NCBI RefSeq assembly: GCF_030936135.1
Contig: NC_082627.1
Span: forward strand, 205,172 to 269,171
Reading direction: 5' to 3'
DNA: 64,000 nucleotides
Source of the DNA: Gavia stellata
Lineage: Eukaryota
Below the pieces are notes generated by a model. That model made no database searches, was not told the DNA's origin, and saw nothing but the letters and a program-made list of their open reading frames with translations. This document shows positions 26,998-38,115 of the stretch, one piece after another (within the stretch, counting starts at the first letter, position 1; each line of letters begins with the position of its first letter). The position numbers were made by a program, and so were the translations under genes.

Positions 26998-27193
26998 GGT
27001 GCTGTTCGCCCCCCAGCGCATGGTGATGGTGCCCCCCCGGCACTACTGTGTGGTGCTCAACCCCGTGGCCCGGGGCCCTGCGGGGTCCGTGCTGGTGGAT
27101 GGAGCGGGGCAGGCCCGTCTGCGGCACGCCGACCTCGATATCCGCCTGGCCCAGGAGCCCTTCCCCCTATACCCTGGCGAGGAGATCCAGCAG
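26998..27193 (+). CDS. MVP: MVP exon 2 ([66 protein letters not shown])
   Basis: Acceptor cccgcag|g and donor cag|gtacct. Phase is continuous and the protein matches human MVP residues about 40-105. Confidence 0.9.
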
Positions 27194-27199
27194 GTACCT

Positions 27200-27440
27200 G
27201 TCGCCCCCTATAGCAGCCCCAGGGCTCCCTATAGCTCCTCTAGACCTCCATGGTCCCCTATAGGCTCCATAACCCCTCTCTGTAACCCATCACTATAGCC
27301 TTCTGTGGCCACCCATAGCCCCTATAGCTCCTCTAATCCCTCTGTCATCTCTCAGTTCCTGTAGCCCATATAGCTTCCTATGCCCGCTCCTATAGCTGCC
27401 TCATCTCCTCCCACATTGCTCCTATAGCCCCTCCACAGCC
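27200..27440. repeat. Intronic minisatellite CCTATAGC(T/C)CC units (MVP intron 2)
   Basis: ccctatagcagccccagggctccctatagctcctctagacc…cctatagctcctctaatcc is read directly. Confidence 0.85.
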
Positions 27441-27449
27441 TCCTATACC

Positions 27450-27900
27450 CCCAGCGTGTCATCCCTGTCCCTTCTCTGAACCTGTGTACCTGTCCCCAGG
27501 GTGTCCCTGCGGTGTCCTCTCTTCCCAGGGTATCACCTATGTCCCCCACAGCGTCCCCCCATCCCCAGGCTGTCCCCCACATCCCCTGCAGTGAAAACCT
27601 GTGTCCCAGTCCCCAGGGTTTCACCCTTGTGTCCCCCGCCATTACCCCTGTGTCCCCCTTACCCCCACAACCCTGTCATGACCCCCATGTCCCCACATGC
27701 CCCATGTTGACGCCCCAGATACATCCCCACGTCCTCTGCAGTGACCCCCGCCATGGTCCCCATGTCTTCCGCCATGCAGACTGTGTTCCCAGAGTGTACC
27801 CAGAGCATCTCCCAAAGTTCCCCCCGCGCCCCTCGTCCCCATGTCCTCCACATCTCTGCTGTGACACCCATGTCCCCAGGAATTCTCCCTCAACCCCACA
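27450..27900. repeat. Pyrimidine-rich degenerate tandem array (gtccccc…ccatgtcccc units) in MVP intron 2
   Basis: ccccatgtcctc, cccatgtcccca and gtgtccccc recur. Confidence 0.6.
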
Positions 27901-27915
27901 TCCATGTGTCCCCAG

Positions 27916-28039
27916 GGCATCACCCCACTACAGGTGGTGCTGGCTGACACCGCCCTGCGCCTGCGGGCCCTGCTTGACTTCAAGGACGAGGACGGGAACA
28001 AGTTCGTGGCAGGAGACGAGTGGCTCTTCGAAGGGCCTG
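27916..28039 (+). CDS. MVP: MVP exon 3 ([42 protein letters not shown])
   Basis: Acceptor ccccag|g and donor ctg|gtgagc. Matches human [41 protein letters not shown]. Confidence 0.9.
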
Positions 28040-28112
28040 GTGAGCAGGGGGGTCACCCCCTTTTGGAGTCACCCTGGGGGACCCGTGGCCTGATGGTGCT
28101 ACCTGCCCGCAG

Positions 28113-28244
28113 GCACCTACATCCCCCGCAAGGAGGTGGAGGTGGCTGAGACGCTGCAGGCCACTGTCATTGGGCACAACCAGGCCATCCGCCTGCGAGC
28201 ACGCAAGGAGTGCCTCGACCGCTATGGCACCCGCCGTGTCACAG
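28113..28244 (+). CDS. MVP: MVP exon 4 ([44 protein letters not shown])
   Basis: Acceptor cccgcag|g and donor acag|gtagca. 132 nt, phase-consistent. Confidence 0.9.
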
Positions 28245-28329
28245 GTAGCACCCGGTAACACCCCCGTGGCCTCCTGACTTCAGCCCTCGCTCAGCGGCCT
28301 TGGTGTCAACTGGCACGATATCACCCTGT

Positions 28330-29060
28330 ACCATTGGTGCTACCCTTCGGCACACATGGGACCCCTCTGTTGCCTGAAGGCACCCCTGGGACACCCTGGG
28401 ACACCCCACCCCGTGCCTCTGGGACCCTTTTCTCACCCTCCAGCACCTCTGAGACCCCTGTGTCACCCTCCAGCACCCACGGGAACTCCATGTCATCTGA
28501 CAGCACCCCTGGGGCCTCCAGCACCCCCATCCCATCCCTCAGGACCCCTGGGACCCCCAGCACCCCCTTCCTACCCCACAGCATTCCCAGGACCCCTGTC
28601 CCATCTCTCAGTGCCCCTGGGATCCCCAGCATTCCCATCTCACCCCCTATACCCCCCCTCTGACCCCACAGCACCCCTGGTATCCCCAACTCGCTCATCC
28701 CACCCCTCATAAACCCCATCCTGCCCCACAGCACCCGTGGGACCCCATCTTATCCCCCAGCACCCATAGCACCAGTACCTCCAGGACTCCATCCCGGCAC
28801 CCTTAAGTATCCTCCCATCCCACCCTTAGGACCTCCCAACACCCTCAGGGCTGCCATCCCACCCATAGGACCCCTTGCCCACAGCACCCCTAGGATGCTT
28901 GAGATCCATAGGACCCTCAGCACCCCTAGGACCTCTGTGGCACCCCATGCTGCATGTTCCCCAGCATCCTCACAACCCACGTCTCACCCCAGTGCCCCTG
29001 GGACTCCTGGTCCCCTCCTCCCCAAAGCACCCCAGAGTTCTCAGCTCCCCCAGCACCCAT
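28330..29060. repeat. Intronic tandem array of ~24-27-bp units (cagcacccctgggaccccc variants) in MVP intron 4
   Basis: agcacccctgggatcccc, cagcacccctaggac and ccagcacccat recur about 25 times. Confidence 0.8.
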
Positions 29061-29074
29061 CACCCTGCTACCAG

Positions 29075-29169
29075 GTGAGGAGTGGCTGGTGAAGCAGGTG
29101 GGCGCTTACCTGCCCGGTGTCTACGAGGAGGTGGTTGACGTTGTGGACGCCTACATCCTCACTGACAAG
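29075..29169 (+). CDS. MVP: MVP exon 5 ([31 protein letters not shown])
   Basis: Acceptor ctaccag|gt and donor aag|gtactg. Matches human [32 protein letters not shown]. Confidence 0.9.
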
Positions 29170-29873
29170 GTACTGGGCAACCTAACCCTCGCCTCCTTGG
29201 TACCCACGGGTGACGAGGTCCCTCTGGGCTGGATTTGGGTGTCCTGTGTCCCTATTGCACTGCACCCATGGGTGACAGGAGCCCTCCAGAATGGGTGAAG
29301 GGTCCCATCACCCCTTCATCCACCACAGCCCTGACCCCTTGCGCCCACGGGGGACGAGGACCTTCCAGGGGGACCTGAGGATCCCTCCAAGCCACCGTGT
29401 TCCTGTGGCCCCTGCACCCATGACTGATGAGGACTCTCCAGGAGGTCCCAGCCCATGGTGTGCTTGTTATCCCTGCCTCAGTGTGTGATGAAAACCCTCC
29501 TGACCCACCACAGCCCACCATGACCCCTTTCCTGATGCACCCATGGGTGATGAAGACCCCCTGGGAGAGGTTTGGGCATCCCTGTTCCCTGTACCCCCTG
29601 CATCCATAGGTGATAAGGATGCCCAGGATGGGTTTGGGTGTCCCACGTACCAGTTCTCCTGCACTCATGGGTGACAAGGACCCTCCCGGGGGTTGTGCCC
29701 CCTCCACCCACTCCATCCCTGTCCCCCTGCACTCACAGGCAATGAGGTCCCTCAGGGGTAGGTTTGGGGGTCCCATCACCCTGTCTCCCTGCACCTGTGG
29801 GTGACAAGGCCTGTCGGGTCCAGTTTTGCATGTCCCATCACCCACCATGTCCCTGTGTGTGTCCCCCCTGCAG

Positions 29874-30110
29874 AAAGCCCTGCACCTGCGGGCAACGCGG
29901 ACCTTTGAGGACGAGCAAGGCCGGGTGCGGCGCACCGGTGAGGAGTGGCTGGTGACCCAGGCACAGAGTGAGGCCTACATCCCAGAGGTGTTCGAAGAGG
30001 TGGTGGCTGAGGTGGCGGTGACGACACTGGGCCCCCGGCAGTACTGCGTGGTGCTCGACCCTGTGGGGCCCAACGGGCAGCCCCAGCTGGGCCAGCAGCG
30101 CGTTGTCAAG
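29874..30110 (+). CDS. MVP: MVP exon 6 ([79 protein letters not shown])
   Basis: Acceptor ccctgcag|a and donor aag|gtgggc. 237 nt, 79 codons. Confidence 0.9.
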
Positions 30111-30119
30111 GTGGGCACC

Positions 30120-30720
30120 CGAAGGTGGCCCCTGGGGACCTGCAGGTGGCCCCAAAGGACCTTATGTAGCCTTAGCTTGCCCATAGGTATCAAAGGTGGT
30201 CCTGAGGGACCCTAAGACATGTGATGTAGTGCCATTGTGTCACCGGGGGACCCGCCTGAGAGACTCAAGAGTGGCTCCCAGGACCCAAGGGTGGTCCCAA
30301 GGGACATCAGGTGGCTCTGAGGGAACCTTGTGTATGCACAGGTGTCCACAAAAGTCTCAAAGGTGGCCCCAAGGGACCTCAATGTAGCCCTGAGGTGTCC
30401 CTGAAAGTCCCTAAGGCATACCTGAACATACCTTTGAGGTGTCCCCAAGGTGACCTGAGGGCCCCAGGGACCACAGGTGGCCCTGACGGACCCAAACGCA
30501 TCCCCAAAGGTTGCAAAGATAGTCTCAAGGGGCCCTAACTCACCTACATTAGCCCTGATGTCTTGCTGAAGGACCCTAACCTTCCATAGGAACCCATGTG
30601 TGGCCACCAGAAACCAGAAGCTGGCCCTGACATACCTGTAGACAGCCCTGAAGGTCTTGAAGGTGGCCCACAGGGATCCTAAGACATCCTTGAGGGACCC
30701 TAATGCACCTGTGTCCCTGC
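30120..30720. repeat. Intronic tandem array of ~30-bp units (aggtggccc[ct]gagggaccctaag…) in MVP intron 6
   Basis: ggtggcccctggggacc, ggtggtcctgagggaccctaag and aggtggccccaagggacctcaatgtagccctgaggtgtccc recur. Confidence 0.8.
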
Positions 30721-30875
30721 CCTGTGTCCCACCATGACCTGATGTCCTTCCCCTCTGTCCCACCACGTGCCCGTGCCCCTACTTCATGTCCCACCGTGTC
30801 CCAATGCCCCTGCCCCATATCCCCACCGCTTTGCTACTTCCCTGTCCTGCTGGTGACATGTCCTCACATCCCCAG

Positions 30876-31001
30876 GGGGAGAAGTCCTTCTTTCTGCAAC
30901 CGGGTGAGCGGCTCCAGGCTGGCATCCAGGATGTCTATGTGCTCTCTGAGGATGAGGGGCTGCTGCTCCAGGCGCTCCAGACCATCAAGGACACCAATGA
31001 G
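30876..31001 (+). CDS. MVP: MVP exon 7 ([42 protein letters not shown])
   Basis: Acceptor ccccag|g and donor gag|gtggcc. Matches human [41 protein letters not shown]. Confidence 0.9.
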
Positions 31002-31421
31002 GTGGCCCAGGGGACACCTGGGGTTTCAGGATCCCCCAGGGACACCTGGGGAGAAACTGAGGGAGGTCCAAGGAGGCTGGGATGACTGGGGCAACCAGGA
31101 GTGGTTGGGGGACAAAGGGGACCACTGAGGGGGGGGGGATCCAGGAATGGCTAGAGGCCCCAGGGGACACCTGGGGGGACTCATGTCTTCATCCCTGTGT
31201 CCCCAGGCCAGGCGAGTAGCAGAGGGACATGGGAGGAGTCCCTTCCACACTGTCCCCAAGCTGAGCAGCTCTGGGGAGGTTGTCCCTGTCTCCATGTCTT
31301 CAGGCTAGCCGGGTGGCAGAGGGCTGTGGGGGAATGTCTGTGTCCCCGTGTCCCCATCCAGGGGGTGGTGGGGGTCCCTGCATCCCCAGGCTGGTCACTG
31401 ATGCCATTCCCACATTCCCAG

Positions 31422-31580
31422 GAGGGGACGGAGGTGATGCGGCGGGCGGGTGACCGCTGGCTGGCCCGGGGCCCCCTCGAGTACGTGCCACCAGCCGAGG
31501 TGGCTGTGCTGGAGCGACGCCGGGCTGTGGCCCTTGCTGACAATGAGGGCATCTACGTGCGTGACATCCGCACTGGCAAG
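31422..31580 (+). CDS. MVP: MVP exon 8 ([53 protein letters not shown])
   Basis: Acceptor ttcccag|g and donor aag|gtgccc. Matches human [44 protein letters not shown]. Confidence 0.9.
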
Positions 31581-31589
31581 GTGCCCGCC

Positions 31590-32520
31590 CTGGCGCCACG
31601 GCTCCTATAACCCCTAGAGCTCCTTGTAGCCCCCTATAGCTCCCTGTTGGCCCTTATAGCTTCCTATAGCTCCTTTATAGCCTCCTTGGTGGCTTTCCAT
31701 AGCCCCATTACTGCTCCCTATAGCTCCCCATAGTCTTCTAGAGCTCCCCTACAATGCTCTGTAGCTCTCTATAGCTCCTTATAGCCCCCTGTAATCCTCC
31801 ATAGCCTCCCCAAACCCCTACAGCTCACCCATAGCCCTCTATAGCATCCTGCAGCCCCTGCCCCCCCCCGACCCCTGTAGCTTCCCCATAACACCTATAG
31901 CTCCCCAACTCCACAAGAGCTCCTTATAGCTTCCCATAACCCACATAGCCCACCATGGTTCCCCATAATACTTATGTAACCCCTATAGCCCACCGTAATC
32001 GTGCAAGCCCATATAGGCTCCCATACCCCTTCCCAGTGCCCCCAGTTCCCCTGCCAGTATTCTGCATTCCCCTAGTGCCCCCCATACCCTCTCCTAGTGC
32101 CACCAGCTGCCTCCCAGTGCTCCCAGTAACCGTATACCCCATCCCAGTATCCCCCCCCACTGCCTCCCAGTGCTCCCAGTTTTCCGTGTATCTCATCCCA
32201 GTGCCCCCAAACACAGTTCCAGTCTCTCAGCCCCCCTCTCAGTGCCCCCAGATATGCCCCCACCTCGTCCCAGTGCTCCCAGTACCCCATATACCTGCTC
32301 CCAATGCCTCCTAACCTCATCCCCATTCCCTCAAAGCCTCCCAGTGCCCCCAGTACCCCTCCACCACAACCTAGTGCTCCTGGTACCCCTTATACCTCTC
32401 CCAGTGCCTCCACACACCCCGTCCCAGTGCTCCTATCACCCCCCAATCCCCTCCCACTGCCCCCAGGCACCCCCTTCCAGTGCTCCCACCCCCACCCCCG
32501 CCCCCAGCAGCCATCCCAGC
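31590..32520. repeat. Two adjacent intronic arrays in MVP intron 8: CCTATAGC-type units (31590-31990), then cccagtgc[ct]cc units (31990-32520)
   Basis: ctcctataacccctagagctccttgtagccccctatagctccctgttggcccttatagc…, then ctcccagtgctcccagt…cccagtgcccccagtacccc. Confidence 0.85.
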
Positions 32521-32552
32521 CTGGCAGCACCCTGAGGTGGCTCTGGGTGCAG

Positions 32553-32803
32553 GTGCGGGTGGTGACGGGCCAGACCTACATGCTGACGGAGGCCGAGGAG
32601 CTGTGGGAGAAGGAGCTGGCCCCCGGGGTGGAGGCACTGCTGGCCGAAGCCCATGGAGACACCAGCGGCATGGATGCCTGGGTCCACTCCTCCTCCAGCC
32701 CGGATACTGGGGTCCACCAACGCGACCGCACCCGTGCCGTCACCTACCAGGTGCCCCACAATGCCGCTGTGCAGGTCTACGACTACCGGGAGCGGCGGGC
32801 ACG
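32553..32803 (+). CDS. MVP: MVP exon 9 ([30 protein letters not shown]…[18 protein letters not shown])
   Basis: Acceptor gtgcag|g and donor cacg|gtgagc. 251 nt, matches human [30 protein letters not shown]…[18 protein letters not shown]. Confidence 0.9.
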
Positions 32804-33289
32804 GTGAGCACCCGTGGTTCTGGGCATGGGGGAGAAGGGACATGGCGGGGAATGGAGGATGTGGGGGATTGGGGGTGGCGTAGGGGGAATACATGGGGAT
32901 GGAAGGGGCACAGAGGAGGATGCTGGGCACGAGGGTGCGAGTGATGTTGCTGCGACCCCTGTGCCGTGGTGTGTTCCTTGGGGTATCCTTGGAGTGACCA
33001 GTGTCCTTGGCATGACTGTGGCCAGGTGATGCTGGGCCCAGCGCTGGTGGTGCTGGGCCTGGGGGAGCAGGTGACGGTATGGGGACTGGTGTGTTCTTGG
33101 CACGTTACCCATGTCCTTCACATGTTTTTGGCATGTCACAGAGTGGTGCTGGGTACAGACCTGGTCATGTAGGGCCCTGCGGAGCAAATGACAGTGCAGG
33201 GACTCCTGTGTGACAGCACATTCTTGGCTTCAGTCTGTACGAGTCACACCCAGGGGTCCTCGGCTCTGGAGACCGGAGTGGAAGTCTGG

Positions 33290-34850
33290 TGCAAGGAAGA
33301 CCACCCTTGGTAGAAGAGGTTCAGGTTAAAGAATACTTAAGCAAATATATAGGTCCATGAGCCCTAATGGGATGCAGCTACAAGCGCTGAAGGAGCTGCC
33401 TGATGTCATTGAGAGGCCACTTTCGATAATCTTTTATCAATAATGGCGACTGGGAGAAGTGTCCAAAGACTGGAAACATCACCCTCATCTTCCAGAAGGA
33501 CAAGAAGGAGGACCCAGGGAACTACAGGCTGCTCAGCCTCAGCTCGATACCTGGGAAGGTGATGGAGCAGCTCATCCTGGAAACCATTTCCAGGCACGTG
33601 AGTGACAAGAAGATAATCAGGAGTAATCATCATGAATTCATCCAGGGGGAAATCATGCTCGACCAACCTGATAAACATCTCTGATGAAATGGCTGGGTTT
33701 GTAGATGAGAGGAGAGCAGTGGGTATTGTCTACCTGGACTTCAGGAAGGCCTTCGACACTTGCCTTGTCTCCCACAAGATCCTCATAGTGAAGCTGATGA
33801 AGTCTGGGCTGGATGAGCAGTGAGGTGGACGGAAAACTGGCTGAATGGCCAGGCCCAGAGCATGGTCATCAGTGGCACGAGGTCTAGTTGGAGGACAGTA
33901 ACTAGTGGTGTGACCCAGGGATCAATACTGGATCCAGTGCTGTTTAACGTCATTATTAATGATCCGGATGATGGGGCAGAGCGCACCCTCAGCAAGTTTG
34001 CAGAGGACACCAAACTGGGAGGAGTAGCTGAGAGACCAGAGAGTTGGGCTGCTGTCCGGAGGGACCTCAACAGGCTGGAGAAATGGGCTGACAGGAACGT
34101 CACGAAGATCAACAAGGGGAAGCGCAAAGCCCTGCCCCTGGGGAGGGACAACCCCAGGCACCGATATATGCTGGGGGCTGAACAGGTGGAAAGCAGCTCA
34201 GCAGAAAAGGACCTGGGGTCCTGGTGGACCCCAAGTTGACCACGAGCCAGCAATGTGCCCTTGCCAAAAACTGGCGAATGGTGTCCTGGGCTGCATTAGG
34301 AGGAGTGTTGCCAGCAGGTGGGGGAGGTGATCCTTCCCCTCGACTCAGCACTGGTGAGGCCCCACCTGGAGTGCTGTGTCCGGTGCTGGGCTCCCCAGTA
34401 CAGGAAAGACACGGACATACTGGAGAGTCCAACAAAGGGCCACGAAGATGGTCAAGGCACTGGAGCTTCTCCCCTAGGAGGAAAAGCTGAGAGAGCTGGG
34501 ACTGTTCAGCCTGGAGAAGAGAAGGCTCAGGGGGACCTCATCAATATGTGTAAATACCTGAAGGGAGGGTGCAGAGAGGACGGAGCCAGGCTCTTTCCAG
34601 TGGTGCCCAGTGCCAGGACCAGAGGCAACGGGCACCAACTGTGAGACAGGAGGTTCCCTCTGAACGTCAGCAAACGCTTTTTCACTGTGAGGGTGACCGA
34701 CACTGGCACAGGTTGCCCAGGGAGGTGGTGGAGTCTCCATCCTTGCCAGTATTTGAAACCTGACTAGACACGGCCATGGGCAACCAGCTCTAGGTGGCCC
34801 TGCTTGAGCAGGGCGGGTTGGGCCAGATGATCTTCAGGGGTCCCTCCACA
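33290..34850 (+). mobile_element. CR1 LINE (ORF2 RT and C-terminus, then tail) inserted in MVP intron 9
   Basis: ORF 33820-34239 carries CR1 ORF2 motifs (DPVLFNVIINDPDDG…SKFAEDTKLGG…KINKGKRKALPLG), and the tail gggttgggccagatgatct lies at about 34820. The antisense ORF 34109-34435 is 108/108 identical to ORF 32-358. Confidence 0.9.
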
Positions 34851-35135
34851 CTTCAGCCATGCTGTGACCCCATCATCCTGTGGTCCTGTGATATCTCCTT
34901 AGTGTGTCCTTGTCTTGTGACCTTTGTCCTTGGTATGTCACAGGGTGGTGTTGGGCACCCACATGTCACTGCGTGTCCTTGGTCCAGCAGGGTGGCACTG
35001 GGCCCTGGGAAGCAGCTGACAGTCCTGGGCCCAGCGTGTGTTGGCTTGTCCTTGGTGTGCTCTGGGCCCCTCCTGTGCAGGGTGGTGCCCCCAGCATGTC
35101 ACCTGTACCCTTGATGCGCTCCTGCCCTGTCACAG

Positions 35136-35333
35136 GGTGGTGCTGGGCCCCGAGCTGGTGGTGCTGGGTCCCGGAGAGCAGCTGACGGTCCTGTCACTCT
35201 CGGCGGGGCGCCCCAAGCGTCCCCATGCCCGCCGCAGCCTCTGCCTCCGCCTCGGCCCTGACTTCTGCGCTGACATCGTCACCATCGAGACGGCTGACCA
35301 CGCCCGCCTCCAGCTCCAGCTGGCCTATAACTG
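35136..35333 (+). CDS. MVP: MVP exon 10 ([66 protein letters not shown])
   Basis: Acceptor tcacag|g and donor ctg|gtgtgtg. Near-identical to human [66 protein letters not shown]. Confidence 0.92.
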
Positions 35334-35850
35334 GTGTGTGGGACTTCAGGGGGCCGGGTGTGAGCCTTGGGGGCGGGGCTAGGGCTGGGGACAGGGACAG
35401 CTTTGGGACTGGGGGCCCTGGGGCAGGACTTGGGCCATGGGGACATGGTCAAGCTGGGGGTGGGGCCTGGGACTTAGGGGTGGAGTCTGGTGGTATGGGT
35501 GGGGCTAGGCAAGGGGGAGGGGCCTCGGTCTTGGGGCGGGGCCAGAATGGGCAGGAGCCTGCAAGGGGGTGTGGCCTCGTGTGGGGTGTGGTGTGGTCTT
35601 GTGAGTGGGGTCAGGCAGTATGGGCAGGGCTGGGTCTTTGGGGTGGGGCACTGTGGGGGCAGGGCCTCTAGTGAAAGGGCGTGGTCTAGAGTGAGGAGGC
35701 GGGGCTTGGCAGCCAGGTAGAGCCAGACGCCAAATGGCCTTGGGGTGGGGGTGGCTCTGGGACAGGGTGGGGGCACGGCAGTGGGCGGGACCAGGGTGGG
35801 AGCAGCCCATGGTGGGCGAGGCATGAGGGCAGATCCCCCCTGTCCCGCAG

Positions 35851-35989
35851 GCACTTCGAGGTGCCGGAGGACCCCAAGGCCCTGGGGCGCCTCTTCAGCG
35901 TCCCCGACTTCGTGGGCGACGCCTGCAAGGCCCTGGCCTCCCGCGTGCGTGGCGCTGTGGCGGCTGTCACCTTCGACGACTTCCACAAG
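35851..35989 (+). CDS. MVP: MVP exon 11 ([46 protein letters not shown])
   Basis: Acceptor cccgcag|g and donor aag|gtctcc. Confidence 0.9.
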
Positions 35990-36343
35990 GTCTCCTCAGC
36001 TGCCCCCATGTCCCCCCCACCGCATCCCCTCGGTCATGCAAGCGTGCCCCCACTTTCACCCGCCTCACCCACAACCCCCACTGTTGCCCTGGGTCACCTT
36101 GTGACCTCCTCCATGTCTCCCTGGGTCCCTGATATCCCCTTGAGTCCTTGATGTCCCCAAGTGTCTTGCGTATCACCGGTGTCCCAAGAACTCAAAGATG
36201 TTGAACTACTCAGCCATGTTTGGCTTTAATGAAGCCCCATGTGTTCCCTGCTGCCTCCTCATGTCCCCAGTACCCCAACATCCTCAGTGTCCCCAGGTGA
36301 CCCTGACGTCCCCACGTGTCTCACATGTCTCTGCTGTCCCCAG

Positions 36344-36555
36344 AACTCCAATCGTCTTATCTGCTCGGCTGTATTTGGCTTCGATGAGGGCGGGCGGCTG
36401 CGAGAGCAGCTCTGCTTCGCTCCCAACGGGCTGGTGGTGACAAGCGTCGACATCCAGAGCGTGGAGCCCGTGGACCAGCGCACCCGTGATGCCCTGCAGC
36501 GCAGTGTCCAGCTGGCCATCGAGATCGCCACCAACTCCCAGGAGGCTGCCGCCAG
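36344..36555 (+). CDS. MVP: MVP exon 12 ([70 protein letters not shown]-)
   Basis: Acceptor tcccccag|a and donor gccag|gtcccc. Matches human NSARIIRTAVFGFE…[45 protein letters not shown]. Confidence 0.9.
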
Positions 36556-36612
36556 GTCCCCACGTCCCTCTGTGTCACCTCATGTCCCACCAGGTTCCTC
36601 CTGTGTCCCCCT

Positions 36613-36675
36613 GTGTCCCTCCAGCGCGCCTTCCAGCTGGAGATCAAGATCAGCACTAACTCCCAAGAGGCTGCT
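36613..36675 (+). repeat. MVP: Partial tandem duplicate of the 3' end of MVP exon 12, including a GT donor
   Basis: ccag|cgcgccttccagctggagatcaagatcagcactaactcccaagaggctgctgccag|gtttctg encodes [20 protein letters not shown]. The genuine exon end 57 nt upstream is cagcgcagtgtccagctggccatcgagatcgccaccaactcccaggaggctgccgccag|gtcccc, encoding [19 protein letters not shown]. Confidence 0.75.
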
Positions 36676-37029
36676 GCCAGGTTTCTGTGTCCCTTGTGCC
36701 CCCAAATGTCCCCCCATGCCCCACTACATCCCCCATATCCGTTAAGTCCCCCTATATCTTCCAATGTTTTGTCTTCCTATATGCCCCATGTTACTACATC
36801 CCCCTGTGTCCCTCAATATCCCTCGTGTCCCTAAATGTCCCCCGCATCACCCATGTTCTCCCTACCAATCGTGTCCCCCATACCCCCTACATCCCCCATA
36901 TCCTCAACATGCCCAGTTCTCCCCCCGTGTCCCCAATGTGCCCCACATCCTCAGTGTCTCCCCACACCCCCAACATCCCCTGCATCCCCCGCGCCTCCCC
37001 ACCTCTTGGTCCCTGTCCCCTGTCCCCAG

Positions 37030-37146
37030 GCACGAGGCAGAGCGGCTGGCACAGGAGGCCCGGGGACGCCTGGAGCGGCAGCGCATCCTGGACCAGGCGG
37101 AGGCCGAGCGGGCGCGCAGAGAACTGCTGGAGCTCGAGGCCCTCAG
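37030..37146 (+). CDS. MVP: MVP exon 13 ([38 protein letters not shown]-)
   Basis: Acceptor ccccag|g and donor ctcag|gtcggc. Matches human [39 protein letters not shown]. Confidence 0.9.
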
Positions 37147-37369
37147 GTCGGCCATCTTCCCAGCATGCACTGCAGGGGGGGGCCCCCCCGCAGGTCCTCT
37201 GCCTGTTTGGGGGCACCGGGGTCCTCCACCTTCCCAGGGAGCACCGGGGGTCCCTGCTTTCCCAGCATGCCCCAGGGTCCTCCACCTTCCCATGGGGCAT
37301 GGGGCAGGGTTTGCAGTGGGTGGGGCCCATGGTAGGCGGGCCAAGTGACTCTGCTTCCCCGCCCCCCAG

Positions 37370-37496
37370 CGTGGCAGTGGAGAGCACAGGGGCGGCCCGG
37401 GCGGAGGCGCAGGCTCGGGCAGAGGCCGCCCGCATCGAGGGCGAAGCTGCCATCCTGCAGGCCAAGCTGAAGGCTGAGGCCATCGCCATAGAGACG
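37370..37496 (+). CDS. MVP: MVP exon 14 ([43 protein letters not shown])
   Basis: Acceptor gccccccag|c and donor acg|gtgcgt. Confidence 0.9.
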
Positions 37497-37604
37497 GTGC
37501 GTGGGGGGCGGGGCCTGCCCTGGGGAGGTGCCCCGTGCCAGCTCTGCCTCTGGGAGGCGGAGCTGAGGGGTGGGGGCATGTCCCAATGGAGTCCCCGCCC
37601 ACAG

Positions 37605-37793
37605 GAGGCAGAGCTGTCACGGCTGGAGCGGGTGCAGGCCCAGGAGGTGCAGGCCCAGCGGGCGCGGGGGGAGGCAGAGGCGGCACGGGCCCAGGCGCTG
37701 GCAGCCGTGGAGGCCTCGCGGGTGCGGGAGGTAGCGGCCGCCCTGGGGCCCGACACCATCCGAGACATCGCCCGGGCCGGGCCCGAGCTCCAG
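37605..37793 (+). CDS. MVP: MVP exon 15 ([63 protein letters not shown])
   Basis: Acceptor cccacag|g and donor ccag|gtgagg. 189 nt, 63 codons. Confidence 0.9.
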
Positions 37794-38115
37794 GTGAGGG
37801 GGCGGGGCCTGGTGGGGTGGGGCCACAGAGGGCTGTGGGTGGAGCTAACTGGAGGGGTGGTGCCTGAAGGAGGCGTGGCCACCTGTAGGGGTGGAGCCTG
37901 CAGAGGGGTGCAGAGGCAGGGCCTTGGCTGGAGGTGGGGTCTCTATGGAGTGGGAGGGGCTTTGCTGGGCATGGCACCTCTGCACTGCCAGCAGGTGGTG
38001 CTGTCTTCATGGGGTGGGGTCTGTCGTGGTGGGGGAGTGGCTCACAGGTGCAGGGCTGGGGTTTGCTGAGGGGGCCCAGCCTGCCAGGAGTGGCCAGCAC
38101 CACACCCACCCCCAG

